Shown: positions 35,750 to 46,899 of the stretch, piece by piece
Numbering within the stretch: the first letter of the stretch is position 1
How the letters are laid out: every line of letters begins with the position of its first letter
From: Eledone cirrhosa
Lineage: Eukaryota
NCBI GenBank assembly: GCA_964016885.1
Contig: CAXHJY010000257.1
Coordinates: 1-64,000 of the forward strand
Reading direction: 5' to 3'
DNA length: 64,000 nt
Notes under the pieces: generated by a model
What the model saw: only the letters and a program-made list of their open reading frames with translations
What the model was told of the DNA's origin: nothing
Database searches by the model: none
Program-made: the position numbers and the translations under genes

Positions 35750-36520
35750 GATACAAATACTACTTTCTCACTGTCACCAAGCTTCTCAATTCATTCGTTG
35801 CTAAGTATTTTATTTTGCTACGAGGTATTTTATTTTGCAAGGTACTATTCCCCAAGTCTGTACAACAAGCTTCACTTATCAAAAATGTTCTAGATTACGT
35901 GAATGAATTGCGGAAACTATATAGTACATTAGGGAAATTTAAGCACACGTATTTATCACAACATGATGAAGAAAATGAAGTATCGTCACCACGCTCCTTA
36001 AAACCTGTGTGCCCTACTCGATGGCTAACACGACTTTCTGCAGTCAAAGCCCTTGACAATTATTCAGATGTCCCTATTTCTTTACAAGAGGCAACAAATG
36101 CTAATGTTATTCTTACGTGTCACTCTCCGGGCCAATGTGCTCTTGGATTGCACGTTATAGTTCCATTACTTCAATTCCTTGAAGGATTGAACAAATCTTT
36201 TCAAAGTACCACCTTCAATCTAGGTAGCATATTGCATAGTGTCAAACTGATGTAGGAGGAGCTAAAAATCTACGCAGTGAAGAAAAATTTCAATACAGCA
36301 GAAAAAATGATTTATCAACTCGATATTTCTCCTTTGGAGCTACCTAGATAACGAAAAGTTCCTAAAAGATACCAGGAAGGAAATGCATTGAAATATCAAC
36401 ACTGCACTGCTTTGGATCGTTACAGAGTGCAGTATTTACAGGTAGTGGATACTGCAATATCAAATTTGAAAGATTTTTTTTCACGGGATGTAGCAGATTA
36501 TGAAAAACTTAGCAATATTT
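35750..36520 (+). pseudogene. hAT transposase fragment (Tip100/ZMYM-like)
   Basis: SLKPVCPTRWLTRLSAV, LEGLNKSFQ, YRVQYLQVVDTAISNLKDFF. Confidence 0.65.
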
Positions 36521-36524
36521 TCCA

Positions 36525-37702
36525 ACAAAACGAAGTGCACGAGGAGCTTCTCTTCACTCTGAATCTAGCCACAGATACTAAAGCTGCCACCATCTTTGAA
36601 GCTGTCAAGGGATACCCCGAAGAAAAAGAGATACCTCTTAACAATATTGTATCATGTGCTACGGACGATGCAAAAGCAATGGTCGGCCAACATAAGGGTT
36701 TTGTCTCTTCTGAAGAGGGAAAATCCATCTATATTTGCTGCTCATTGTGTCATTCATCGACAACACTTGGCTGCGAAGAAACTCAGCGAGCCGCTGAGCA
36801 AGTCTTTGCAAGTAACCATTGATGTCATCAATTATATCAAACGCCATGCCCCCAATGAACGGATTTTCCGGCAACTGTGTGAAGATAATGACGAAGAATT
36901 CGTCGAGTTGCTCCTTCATACTGAAGTGAGGTGGCTTTCAAAGGGCAAGTGCCTTACTCGCTTCTTTGAACTGTTCGACTATCATTGTGTTTCTTCGAGG
37001 ACGCAACACAGACATGTATAAAAAAAACCCTCAATGTGAGGCAAGACTGCGCCTACCTCGCCGACATCTTCGACAAATGCAATAGCCTAATTATGGCTTT
37101 GCAGGGGGAGAAGATCACCTTGTTTAAAGCAAGGAATGCTGTGAAAATATTCCTGGCCAAATTGAAAGTCATCGAAAGGAATCTTTGTCGACGGGAATTC
37201 TATAATTTTCCTAGTGTCGCCAATGTTCAAAAGATTGTGAACGATGACCAACTCCAAATTTATACTGTGCACCTTGGTGCACTACAAGACAACACGAGAG
37301 AACGGTTTGTCGACGTTTTGCAGATGGACATCCCAATGTGGATAGCAGATCCCTTCATAGCTAACGTCGACGATTTCGACATTAAATTTCAGGAAGAATT
37401 AATTGAACTTCAGACAGATGACATTATCAAAATTAAATTTTCCAAAATAGGTGAACCCTTTTTTTGGATGCAAGAGGAAATTCAGCATCGATTTCCACTC
37501 CTACATGCAGAGGCTAAGAGATTTGCCTTTTCCTAGCTCATACTTAGTTGAGAGGGGGTTTGGCGCTGTTTCCAGACAGCATAGTAAGGCTCGCAACCGC
37601 TACAATGTGATTGCATGTGGAGATCTCCAGCTACATCTTACGAAAATCCAGCCTGACGTCAAAGAGTTGGCTAAACTCCATGAAGCTCAAGGGTCCCATT
37701 AA
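36525..37702 (+). pseudogene. hAT transposase, C-terminal two-thirds (Buster/Charlie, SCAND3/ZBED8-like)
   Basis: EELLF, SCATDDAKAMVG, AHCVIHRQHLAAK, LLLHTEVRWLSKG, FPSSYLVERGF, AQGSH-stop. Confidence 0.85.
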
Positions 37703-38315
37703 AACGAGGTCAAAGTAAGTCCATTCTTTATTTGTAGTTGCAGTCTGACTGGACTGGAAACCATCTACCACAATTCACTTACTCATTTGTTGTATATATT
37801 TTACCGTTTACTAATATATACCCTCTTACGTGGTCATGAATACCCTCTTATGTGGTCATGAAAAACCCTCTTCCGTTGTCTCTAAGTTCACAAAGCGGAG
37901 GGGACATCAACATTTATTCTGTCCCATTAAAGGGAAAATTGGAAAGCTTTGAAATAATACAATTGCCACTTTCTTCCAGATAAGAGCACTCTTTGGATAG
38001 GCAGAGTTGCTCTTGTATAAATGTTCAAAATAGCTGGTATCGTCTGGTGGGAATATAACAAATTCAACTGGTCCTTATTCATAAAAAAGAGAATTTATGT
38101 TCCTTTTTTTGAAATTTATATACTTCCTTTCAAGGAATGTATTTATACTTTCAACTGCCTGCAATGGTATCTTTGGAATATCGTTAATCAATTTTTTAGT
38201 AATCTACTGATATCAAAATCAGTAGTATATTGAAAAATGGAAAAATGGGATAGGTAGGCGTTTCGTGATTTTGAGGGGCAAAAGGAGGTATTTGGCCGAA
38301 ATGGGTTGAGAACCT

Positions 38316-39963
38316 TTGATCTAGATGAAATGCAGTTTGGGTCTGTGTCAGGTAAAAGTACAACGGATGCTCTTTTCCTTGTACGACAACTACAGGAGAA
38401 GTACCTAGCTAAAAGTAAACCCCTATACTTAGCTTTTGTTGACTTGGAGAAAGCCTTTGACAGAGTCCCCCCCCCCCCTCTCCATTATCTGGCAGGCTCT
38501 TAGAAAGCTAGGTGATGATGAATGGCTTGTGAGAGCTATACAAGCCATGTATAAAGAAACAGTCAGTAAGGTTAGAATTAACAATGAATATAGTGAAGAA
38601 TTTAGCGTAAAAGTTAGTGTTCATCAATGCTCCGTTTTTAGCCGGCTATTTATTATTGTCCTTCAGGCTATAACAGGAGTTTATGACCGGCTTCCCATGG
38701 GAACTTCTATATGTAGATGATCAAAAGGCCTTAAAGTTAACTTGTCTAAGACTAAAGTTCTAGTATGTAGGAAGGAAAATAGGGCACAGGTCCCCTCTGG
38801 GAAATGGCATGCTCAGTGTGTAGGAAAGGAGTAGGCAGAAATTCCATTTTATGTCCCAAATGCAAAGTATAGGTGCATAAAAGATGTAATGGGATCACAG
38901 GTAAGCTATCTAAGAATGTAGATTTTATATGTGGCCGGTGCTCAGGTGCAATAAGTAGTGAGTGCCCACATGATACTAGCTCCTATTGCCCAGATGGCTC
39001 TATAGAAATAGTAGACACCTTCCATTACCTGGGTGACAAAATCAGCAGTGGTGGAGGGTGCTCTGAAAGTACAGTAGCCAGAGGCAGCACGGGATGGAAA
39101 AAGTTCAGAGAGCTTATACCACTAAAGGTTTCTCTCTAAAAATGAAAGGCAGACTGTATGATGCCTGCATACGAACAGCAATGTTACATGGCAGTGAGAC
39201 ATGGGCATTGTGTGCAGAGGATCTGCGCAGACTGGAGGAACGAAGCATGCATGCTCCGTTGGATGTGTAATAGTAATATACGTGAACAGCAAAGCATAGA
39301 TGAACTAAGTGAGAAATTAGGAATAATAGGGATCAGATGCTGTTTACTCGAGAGAAGACTACATTGGTATGGTCACGTGATGCGCATGAAAGACAACAGC
39401 TGTATAAATAAGTGCAGGGCGATCAAAATTGATGGAAGTTACCGAGTAGGCAGACCCAGAAAACCGGAGACGATTTGATAAATTCCGACCTTACACAATT
39501 ACACCTCTCTAAGACAATGTCACTGGACAGAGATTTTTGGTGCCACACAGTAATACAGAAGACGCGCCTTGTCTAAATACAGAGCGAAACCTAGTCAGTA
39601 GGCACCTCTTAATCAAATATACACCCCCATCCCACTACCCCTACTCCCCCACCCCCATCAACACCACCCCTTTCTCTTTAATGTTATGTTGGTACCACAA
39701 CATCCAGTCCTAAATAAATGAGGTCGTGACAAAAATGTCACGACAAAAAAAAACAGTCCACGCTGTAATGTGGCCATGTAGGTAACATGGTAAAAACCTC
39801 CCAGTCCACACTGTATACGTGGTTGGTGTTCGGAAGGGTATCCAGCCATAGAAAACCTGCCAGACAGTCCTATACAAGCGAGACAACCAATCTTGCCCCA
39901 AGTGGGATAATTCTCGTCTAAACCCATGCTAGCGTGGAAGATAGATGTTAAACGATGATGATT
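38316..39963 (+). mobile_element. RTE LINE (PHD family), 3' half
   Basis: DEMQFG..STTDA..AFVDLEKAFDRVP, PHD remnant, HWYGHVMR, 3' UTR and (GAT)n tail. Confidence 0.9.
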
Positions 39964-39964
39964 G

Positions 39965-40425
39965 TCCCTGGTCTTTTTGATTCTGTGCTGGATGTCCATG
40001 TTAAGAGAGGGGCTGAGCTGTCAATCTAGTTATCTGCAGCTTGGGACTACCTAAAGTCAAAGATGTTCACAAAACTGACAGGTCCAGGGCGACCTACAGG
40101 ATAAAGTGGGAAGCATTGGTGGATAAGGATTGGCTTGGAAATAAAACCTCCTTCTTGCACTTGCGGTACAATCAAGCATGAAGAATTGCAGTAAAGGCAT
40201 CCAAAATCAAGACATGGGAGGACTTTAGGGTTAAGCTGGAATCTGACTTCAGATCAGCAAATAAAGTGTTCTGGCAGACCATTTGTAATAAAGAGCTCTG
40301 TAATAAACAGACCATTTGTAATAAAGAGCTCTCCTCCACACCTGCTATCAGAAATGTTTCTGGGCTTCTCCTCTCATCAAAGAGGTGCATCCTCGCGAGG
40401 TGGAGAGAATACTTTGCTGATCTAA
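39965..40425 (+). mobile_element. RTE (second subfamily) linker fragment
   Basis: WEDFRVKLESDFRSANKVFWQTI..ILARWREYFADL. Confidence 0.65.
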
Positions 40426-40799
40426 TCCCAATATAAAAAAATAATAATAATTATTATTTTAAATTATTTTAGAGAGGGGCCTCAGATTTCATATAGTTTA
40501 CGGCCTCAGCAGATAAAAGTCCAGCCCCGAGAATACAGCTCACCACCACAAAATAAATATTTATTTTTGAGCCTTCATAAGGCAAAAATCAGAGTATTTT
40601 TTTAAAGTACATCTAGTGGCCTATCGATATGGTGGGTTATATCAGGTATAGTACAATATTTGCTTGAGTTCATGGATAGGACACACTGTTTACATTTATG
40701 TTTAATTTAACTGGATATGTAACAGGATGAGTAAATAATAATATTTTGCAAGAGAGCCTCATTTTGCAAAGCCAGCCATAAAATCACTCGGAATGCAAA

Positions 40800-41543
40800 T
40801 AAGGCTAATCAGCTGATGTACACTTTAGAGAATACTTTAATATATATTGTCAAGAGTTCCAGAGTGTAGCAGAAAAGAGAGAAATACACAATCTTGATAA
40901 GGGGTAATAATCTTGAAACAATTATAGATTGTTTTTCTCTCTGCTACCACTGGAACAAAAGCATGATGTTAGTTGTCTAGAACACATGGCATTTTGAGGC
41001 AGTTTGCTTGCAAACTAACTGAATATTAATAATTGTTTCTACGTTAGGCACAAGGCCAGCAATTACCCAGTGCATTACTGGTACTTTATTTTATCGACCC
41101 CGTAAGGATGAAAAGCAAAGTTAACCTAATAATATTATTATATTGTTATTCACTCATGAATGCATTTATGTATCCACCGTGTTAAAGCGAATTAGGCTAT
41201 CAGCCAATGTATACTTTAGAGAATACTATATATTCTCAAGAGTTCCAATATGTAGCAGAAAAGAGAGAAATACGCAATTGTGATAAGGGACAATAAACCC
41301 TAAACAATTGAGGCTGTTTACTTGCAAACAAACCAAATACCAAATATTAATAATAATTGTTTCTACTTTTGGCACAAGGTCAGCAATTACCCAGTGCATT
41401 ACTGGTACTTATTTTATGGATCCCCTAAGGATGAAAGGCAAAGTTAACCTCGGCAGGATTTGAACTCAGATATTTGAACCAAATATTAATAATAATATTA
41501 TTCACTCACACATGCATTTATGTATCTGCCATGTTAGAGCAAA
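40800..41543. repeat. Diverged tandem duplication (about 350-390 bp units), each with a minus-strand family 1 SINE 3' fragment
   Basis: Units start at about 40800 and 41193. SINE cores at 41025-41128 and 41352-41470. Confidence 0.75.
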
Positions 41544-41567
41544 AACAAATTTTGTTTATATAATATA

Positions 41568-41600
41568 CTAGCAGAATGGCCTGGCATTGCTCAGGATTCT
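41568..41600 (-). mobile_element. Helitron 3' terminus
   Basis: Minus strand CCTGAGCAATGCCAGG hairpin then CCATTCTGCTAG|T, matching the 3' end at 16250-16277. Confidence 0.7.
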
Positions 41601-42038
41601 AAACATAGATTGGCATGTTTATCCCTCCTTTCTGAAACAGTTTCGTCATGTGTTCACCAATTGATGCAGAAGTCCTAATAAAAAGTGAAGCCGTCTTGGG
41701 TGAATAGGCAAATAATTTTGCATTAAGATTTTTCAAAAGCATGTAATTGTGTTTCCTCTCTTTTTTTTTTTTTTGTTTTTGCTGCTGCTGGTGTGATAGC
41801 GGCCGTTGGTCGTACCTACTAACACAGTCTCATCCTTCTTCAGCCAATCGTGTATATCCCTTCTGCCTTGTCAGCAATGAGAACAATATCTGCTCTAGGG
41901 TTCTTATATATTTGATATATATTTATCCTTATCGAGCCTGGTGAAATCAATACGTTTGTTTATATTTTGTTATTTTGTATGCAAAAATATCTGTGCACGA
42001 ATATATAATTATAAATATATATATATATATTAAAATAG

Positions 42039-42114
42039 CAGATTAATGTTTAAGCGAAGAATCACTGCTTTCACCCTTAACGGAATCTTCTGAAACTAAA
42101 AAAAAATCAATCTG
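42039..42114 (-). ncRNA. Second copy of CAGAAGA hammerhead-like motif
   Basis: Inverted homologue of 34905-34970 with a longer stem III (AGC...GCT). Confidence 0.5.
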
Positions 42115-42161
42115 TGAACACAGAAGAAATATTTCAAAAAACGTTACACACTATCTATCTA

Positions 42162-45100
42162 CATCTTCATCTTCATCATCATCATCGTTTAATGTCCATC
42201 TTCCACGCTTGCATGGGTTTGGACGGGAGGTTTCCCACTTCAGGCAAGATTTGTTGTCCTGCTTGTATAGGACTGTCTGGCGGGTTTTCGACGGCTGGAT
42301 GCCCTTCCTAACACCAACTACGTTTACAGTGTGGACTGGGAGGTTTTTACCGTGTTACCTACACGGCTACATTACAGCGTGGACTGTGTTTTTTTGTCGT
42401 GACACCTACACGACCTCATTTGTTTCGGAGTGGATGTTGTGGTACCAACATAACTTCACATTTAAGGGGGTGGTGTGGATGGGGTGGGGGTAGTGGGACG
42501 GGTATTTTGTTAGAGGTGCCTACTGACTGTAGGTTTCGCTTTGTACTTAGGCAAGGCGGGTCTTCTGTATGACTGTAGCGCCAAAGATCTCGGTCCAGTG
42601 ACATTGTCTTGGAGAGGTGTAAGTGTGTGAGGTCGGAATTTATCAAGTCGTCCCAGGTTTTTCTGGGTCTGCCTACACCGTGGCTACCGTCTATTTTTAT
42701 CGCCCTGCACTTTCTTATACATCTGTCGTCTTTCATGTGCATCACATGACTGTACAAACAGTCTTCTCTCGAGTAAACAACATCTGATCCCTCTTATTCC
42801 TAATTTCTCCCTTAGTTCGTTTATGCTTTGCCGTTCACGTATATTACTATTACACATCCAGCGGAGCTCGCAAGCTTCGCTTCTCTCCAGTCTGTGTATA
42901 TCCTCTGCACACAATGCCCAGGTCTCACTGCCATGTAACATTGCTATTCGTATGCAGGCATCATACAGCCTGCCTTTCATTTTTAGAAAGAACCCTTTAG
43001 CGGCCAATAGTGGTATAAGCTCTCTGAACTTTTTCCATCCCGTTCTGACTCTAGCTACTGTACTTTCAGAGCACTCTCCACCACTACTGATTTTGTCACC
43101 CAAGTAACGGAAGGTGTCCACTATTTCTATAGAACCATCTGTGCAATGGAATGAACTAGTATTCTGTGGGCACTTGCTGCTACTTATTGCACCAGAGCAC
43201 CGGCCACATATAAAATCTATATTCTTAGTTAGCTTACCTGTGATCCCACTACATCTTTTATGCACCCATACTTTGCATTTGGGACATAAAATGGAGTTTC
43301 TGCCTACTCCTTTCCTACACACTGAACATGGCCATTTCCCAGATAGGACCAGTGCCCTATTTTCCTTCCGACAAACTAGAACTTTAGTCTTAGACAAGTT
43401 AACTTTAAGGCCTTTTGATTCTAGACCATGCTTCCATGTTTGGAATTTCTTCTCTAGTTCAGCCATTGATTCAGCTATGAGCGTTAGATCATCTGCATAT
43501 AGGAGTTCCCATGGGCAGCCGGTCTTGAACTCCTCTGTTATAGCCTGAAGGGCAATAATAAATAGTAGGGGGCTAAGAACGGAGCCCTGATGAACACCAA
43601 CTTTTACGCTAAACTCTTCACTATATTCGTTGTTAATTCTAACCTTGCTGACTGTTTCTTTATACATGGCTTGTATAGCTCTCACAAGCCATTCATCAAC
43701 ACATAGTTTTCTAAGCGCCCACCAGATAATGGAGCCGGGGACTCTGTCAAAGGCTTTCTCCAAGTCAACAAAAGCTAAGCATAAGGATTTACTTTTGGCT
43801 AGGTACTTCTCTTGTAGTTGTCGTACAATGAAAAGAGCGTCTGTGGTACTTTTACCCGACACAAACCCGAACTGCATTTCATCTAGATCAATTCGTTCTG
43901 ATTAGTTGCGCTATTACTTTTTCAGTGACCTTCATGACCTGGTCGATTAATTTAATGCCTTTAGTTACCCTTATCAAGAGCATCTCCTTTACCCTTGTAG
44001 CAGTTAATGATGATGCTGCTACGCCAGTCCTTCGGAACGGCTCCATTCTGTACGACTTGGTTTACTATCCGGGTGACCATAGTGTGTCCCACCGTTCCAG
44101 ATGCTTTCAGCATTTCAGCAACTATTTCCGAAGGCCCGGCTGCCTTACCCGTCTTCATATCTTTGATTGCCTTACTTATTATACTACCTTCAACTCGCAC
44201 TGCTGGTCCCTCTATTGGATCGATGTGGGGGAGACTGTATTTCTCCCATTTATTCTCCTCATTTAGTAGCCTTTCGTAGTGACAATTCCAAGCTACCTTC
44301 TTATCAGCGTCAGTGATGGCAAGTACACCATCATCATTAAGGACACACTTCTCCCCGGCAATATCACAGTTTTCCTTGACACATTGCCTAGCAATCCTGA
44401 ACACCTCACGTTTTTGGTCCTCGCGTTGTAGAACATGCTTGAACTTTCTTTCCTCTGCTTCCCTTCTTGCGAAGTACACTTGTCTCCTAGCTACCCTCCT
44501 GGCCACTTGATAGTCTTCTCTACTTCCCCCATCCCGCCATACTTTCCAAGCCTGCTTTTTGGCCTTAATTGACTCCTCCACCTTACTATTCCATCACCAC
44601 ATTACTCTCCTCCTGCCTATAGGTCTGCTCCAGCCACAAACTTCATCTGCCGCCTTCAGCAGGTTAGCTTTCAGGAATTCCCACTGTTCCTCTATATTGT
44701 ACAACTCTAATTGCTCTTCCTTACTGTCAAAAGCATCAAATAATATGCTTTTAAATTTATTACTGGCTGTGGGGTCCTTTTAACTTCCATATTTTTCTCC
44801 TGAGGATAGTCCTCCTCTGTTGTTGAGTACGTCTTGTCCTGACTATGAGGTCGCTGACTATGAGTCTATGGTGGGAGGTGCATTCTTCATGGGGGAGGGA
44901 TTTAGCGTTTATAACAGACACTATCACATATTCTGGTAAGGATATAATCTATCTGACTGGCGTGTTCCCCTGATCTATAGGTGATCAAGTGATTGTCTCG
45001 TTTTTTGAAGTTAGTGTTACAGATAGTTAGGTTATTTGCGTCGCAGAATTCCAGGATTCTGGAGCCTTCCTCATTTCTAGTACTAAACCCATAGCCTCCA

Positions 45101-46110
45101 TGGATTCTGTCATAGCCGTCACAATGTTGTCCAACGTGACCATTTAGGTCGCCAGCAATAATTATGTAGTCACTGTCGGTTATTTGGGAGGTAGTGAACA
45201 TCAATGTCTCATAGAATCTGTCTTTTATAGCACCAGGCAGTCCGGTTTGGGGTGCATACGCAGATATTACTGTCACAGTAGTTCTATTTAGGACAAGTCT
45301 TATTTTAATTAATCTGTCGTTCACTCTATTTACGTCTATTATTTTATCTACCTATTTTTCTGCTAACATGATTCCTACCCACCCAGCCCATTTTCATTTC
45401 CCACCCAGAAAAGCTTATAGCAACGTTTTTTTACCCACAATGAATCTAACAGACCCTCCCCTCCACCTGGTCTCTTGGATACAGCAAACATCAACCTCCT
45501 TACGTTCAAGCATTTCTACAACTTTGTTAGAGCGGCCTTTTAAGGTGCCTACATTCATGGTACCAACTCTGAAGTTTTGGATTGCGTTTGGTGGGTGGGA
45601 ACGGTGGGGCGCAGGGAGGGGTGAGGGGGATGGCGTTGGGGTTATGTTGGCCATCCACGGCCGAAACAAAGAGGAGTCATTGTCTTTTCGTCCGGCAGCA
45701 TGTGGTGAATTTGTCTTTATCTTTAGCATTGTCACTGAGTGTCCAGATTTTTCAGACTCTCCAGAATTCCATAGTCCATCCATCATATCGGCAAGCAACC
45801 AGAAGTGATAGCATAGTCCGCTGACTTATGATTGGTCCTAATAATAATGGTGGAGAGTGGGGGTGGGTGGGATTTGTATGGGGTAGTCAGCGAGAGGGTT
45901 TAAATGAAATCTTCGAATTTTGGGCATAATTGGAGAAGCATATAACAGTAATAATAAGCGAATAATGGGGTTTTAAAATACAAGAAGATTATTTAGAAAC
46001 AACCAGACAGAATTATAGACTAGCATTGAGAGAGAGCAAAAGATACGGATATATGAATGAAGGGACCGATAGGCTGGAGAGAGATAAGAAAAATGGCATT
46101 TACATTATAC
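42162..46110 (-). mobile_element. Near full-length RTE LINE (PHD family), frameshifted
   Basis: ORF pieces 45415-45798, 44902-45324, 43961-44581 and 42684-43877 (LLYADD, HQGSVLSP, PHD). (GAT)n tail at 42162-42186. Confidence 0.93.
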
Positions 46111-46329
46111 TTCGCAGGGAACGATGGGGGTCTGACCATTAATAAGCGTTGACAAATTCTGAGATTCGTACCTCGTAACAGGTTTATTTATATTTGGTGA
46201 GAGAAGGGAGTGATGCGTAATACGATATAGTGGGACCGTGGGTAAAGAATATAGTGTCATAATGTCGTAATGCAGACAGCCAGACATACAGACATATTAT
46301 AAGACATACAGACACGTTATAACTATCTA

Positions 46330-46425
46330 ATGCGGTCCCTGTAAAGTTTGAAAAAAATTGGTTGGGTGTTTCTCGAGTTTTAGGAAGTCAGACAGACAGA
46401 CATTCTCTGTTTTAGATATATATAT

Positions 46426-46428
<3 letters not shown>
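46330..46428 (-). mobile_element. Helitron 5' terminus (Lep1-like)
   Basis: Minus strand A|TCTATATATATATCTAAAACAGAGAATGTCTGTCTGTCTG resembles 14720-14760. Confidence 0.6.
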
Positions 46429-46464
<36 letters not shown>

Positions 46465-46899
46465 CATTGTTATTATTTATTAAATACGAGGGTTTTTGTC
46501 GTATTGAACAGAACAAATCTTGTATTTTTGTTATCGCTTGTTAAATACGAGGACCTCATTCAATCCTTACCTTCTAGCTATCTACCCAACCTTAATTCCT
46601 TAATTCTATCGTATTTTCAAAACAAAACAAAATCCTTTCCTTCTTATAAATTCTTTTAAATATATTTGTTACTTCGAAAACTCTAAACTCCCGCTCCTAC
46701 TATCTTCGCCCCCCTCCCTCTACTTCATGAGGGTTTCGCGGTCAGCCACCCCAATATCTACATCATGCGGCCAAACCTACCCCCCCCCCCATCTCTCTCT
46801 CTCTTTCCCCCTCTCTCTCTAGCTATATATATATATAAGATAAACCCTTCAAGTAAATCACATTCGCCAAATTCATCGCTGCTTCTTCACGGTATATCA

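Larger units (their letters stand above)
32288..38318 (+). mobile_element. Composite hAT (Charlie/Buster-type ends) DNA transposon inserted in an RTE
   Basis: Inverted termini AGGTTATCAAC / GTTGAGAACCT(TTG). Direct repeat TTGATCTA at 32280-32287 and 38316-38323; alternatively the target is ATCTAGAT with a small left-end deletion. The RTE frame resumes afterwards. Confidence 0.8.
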
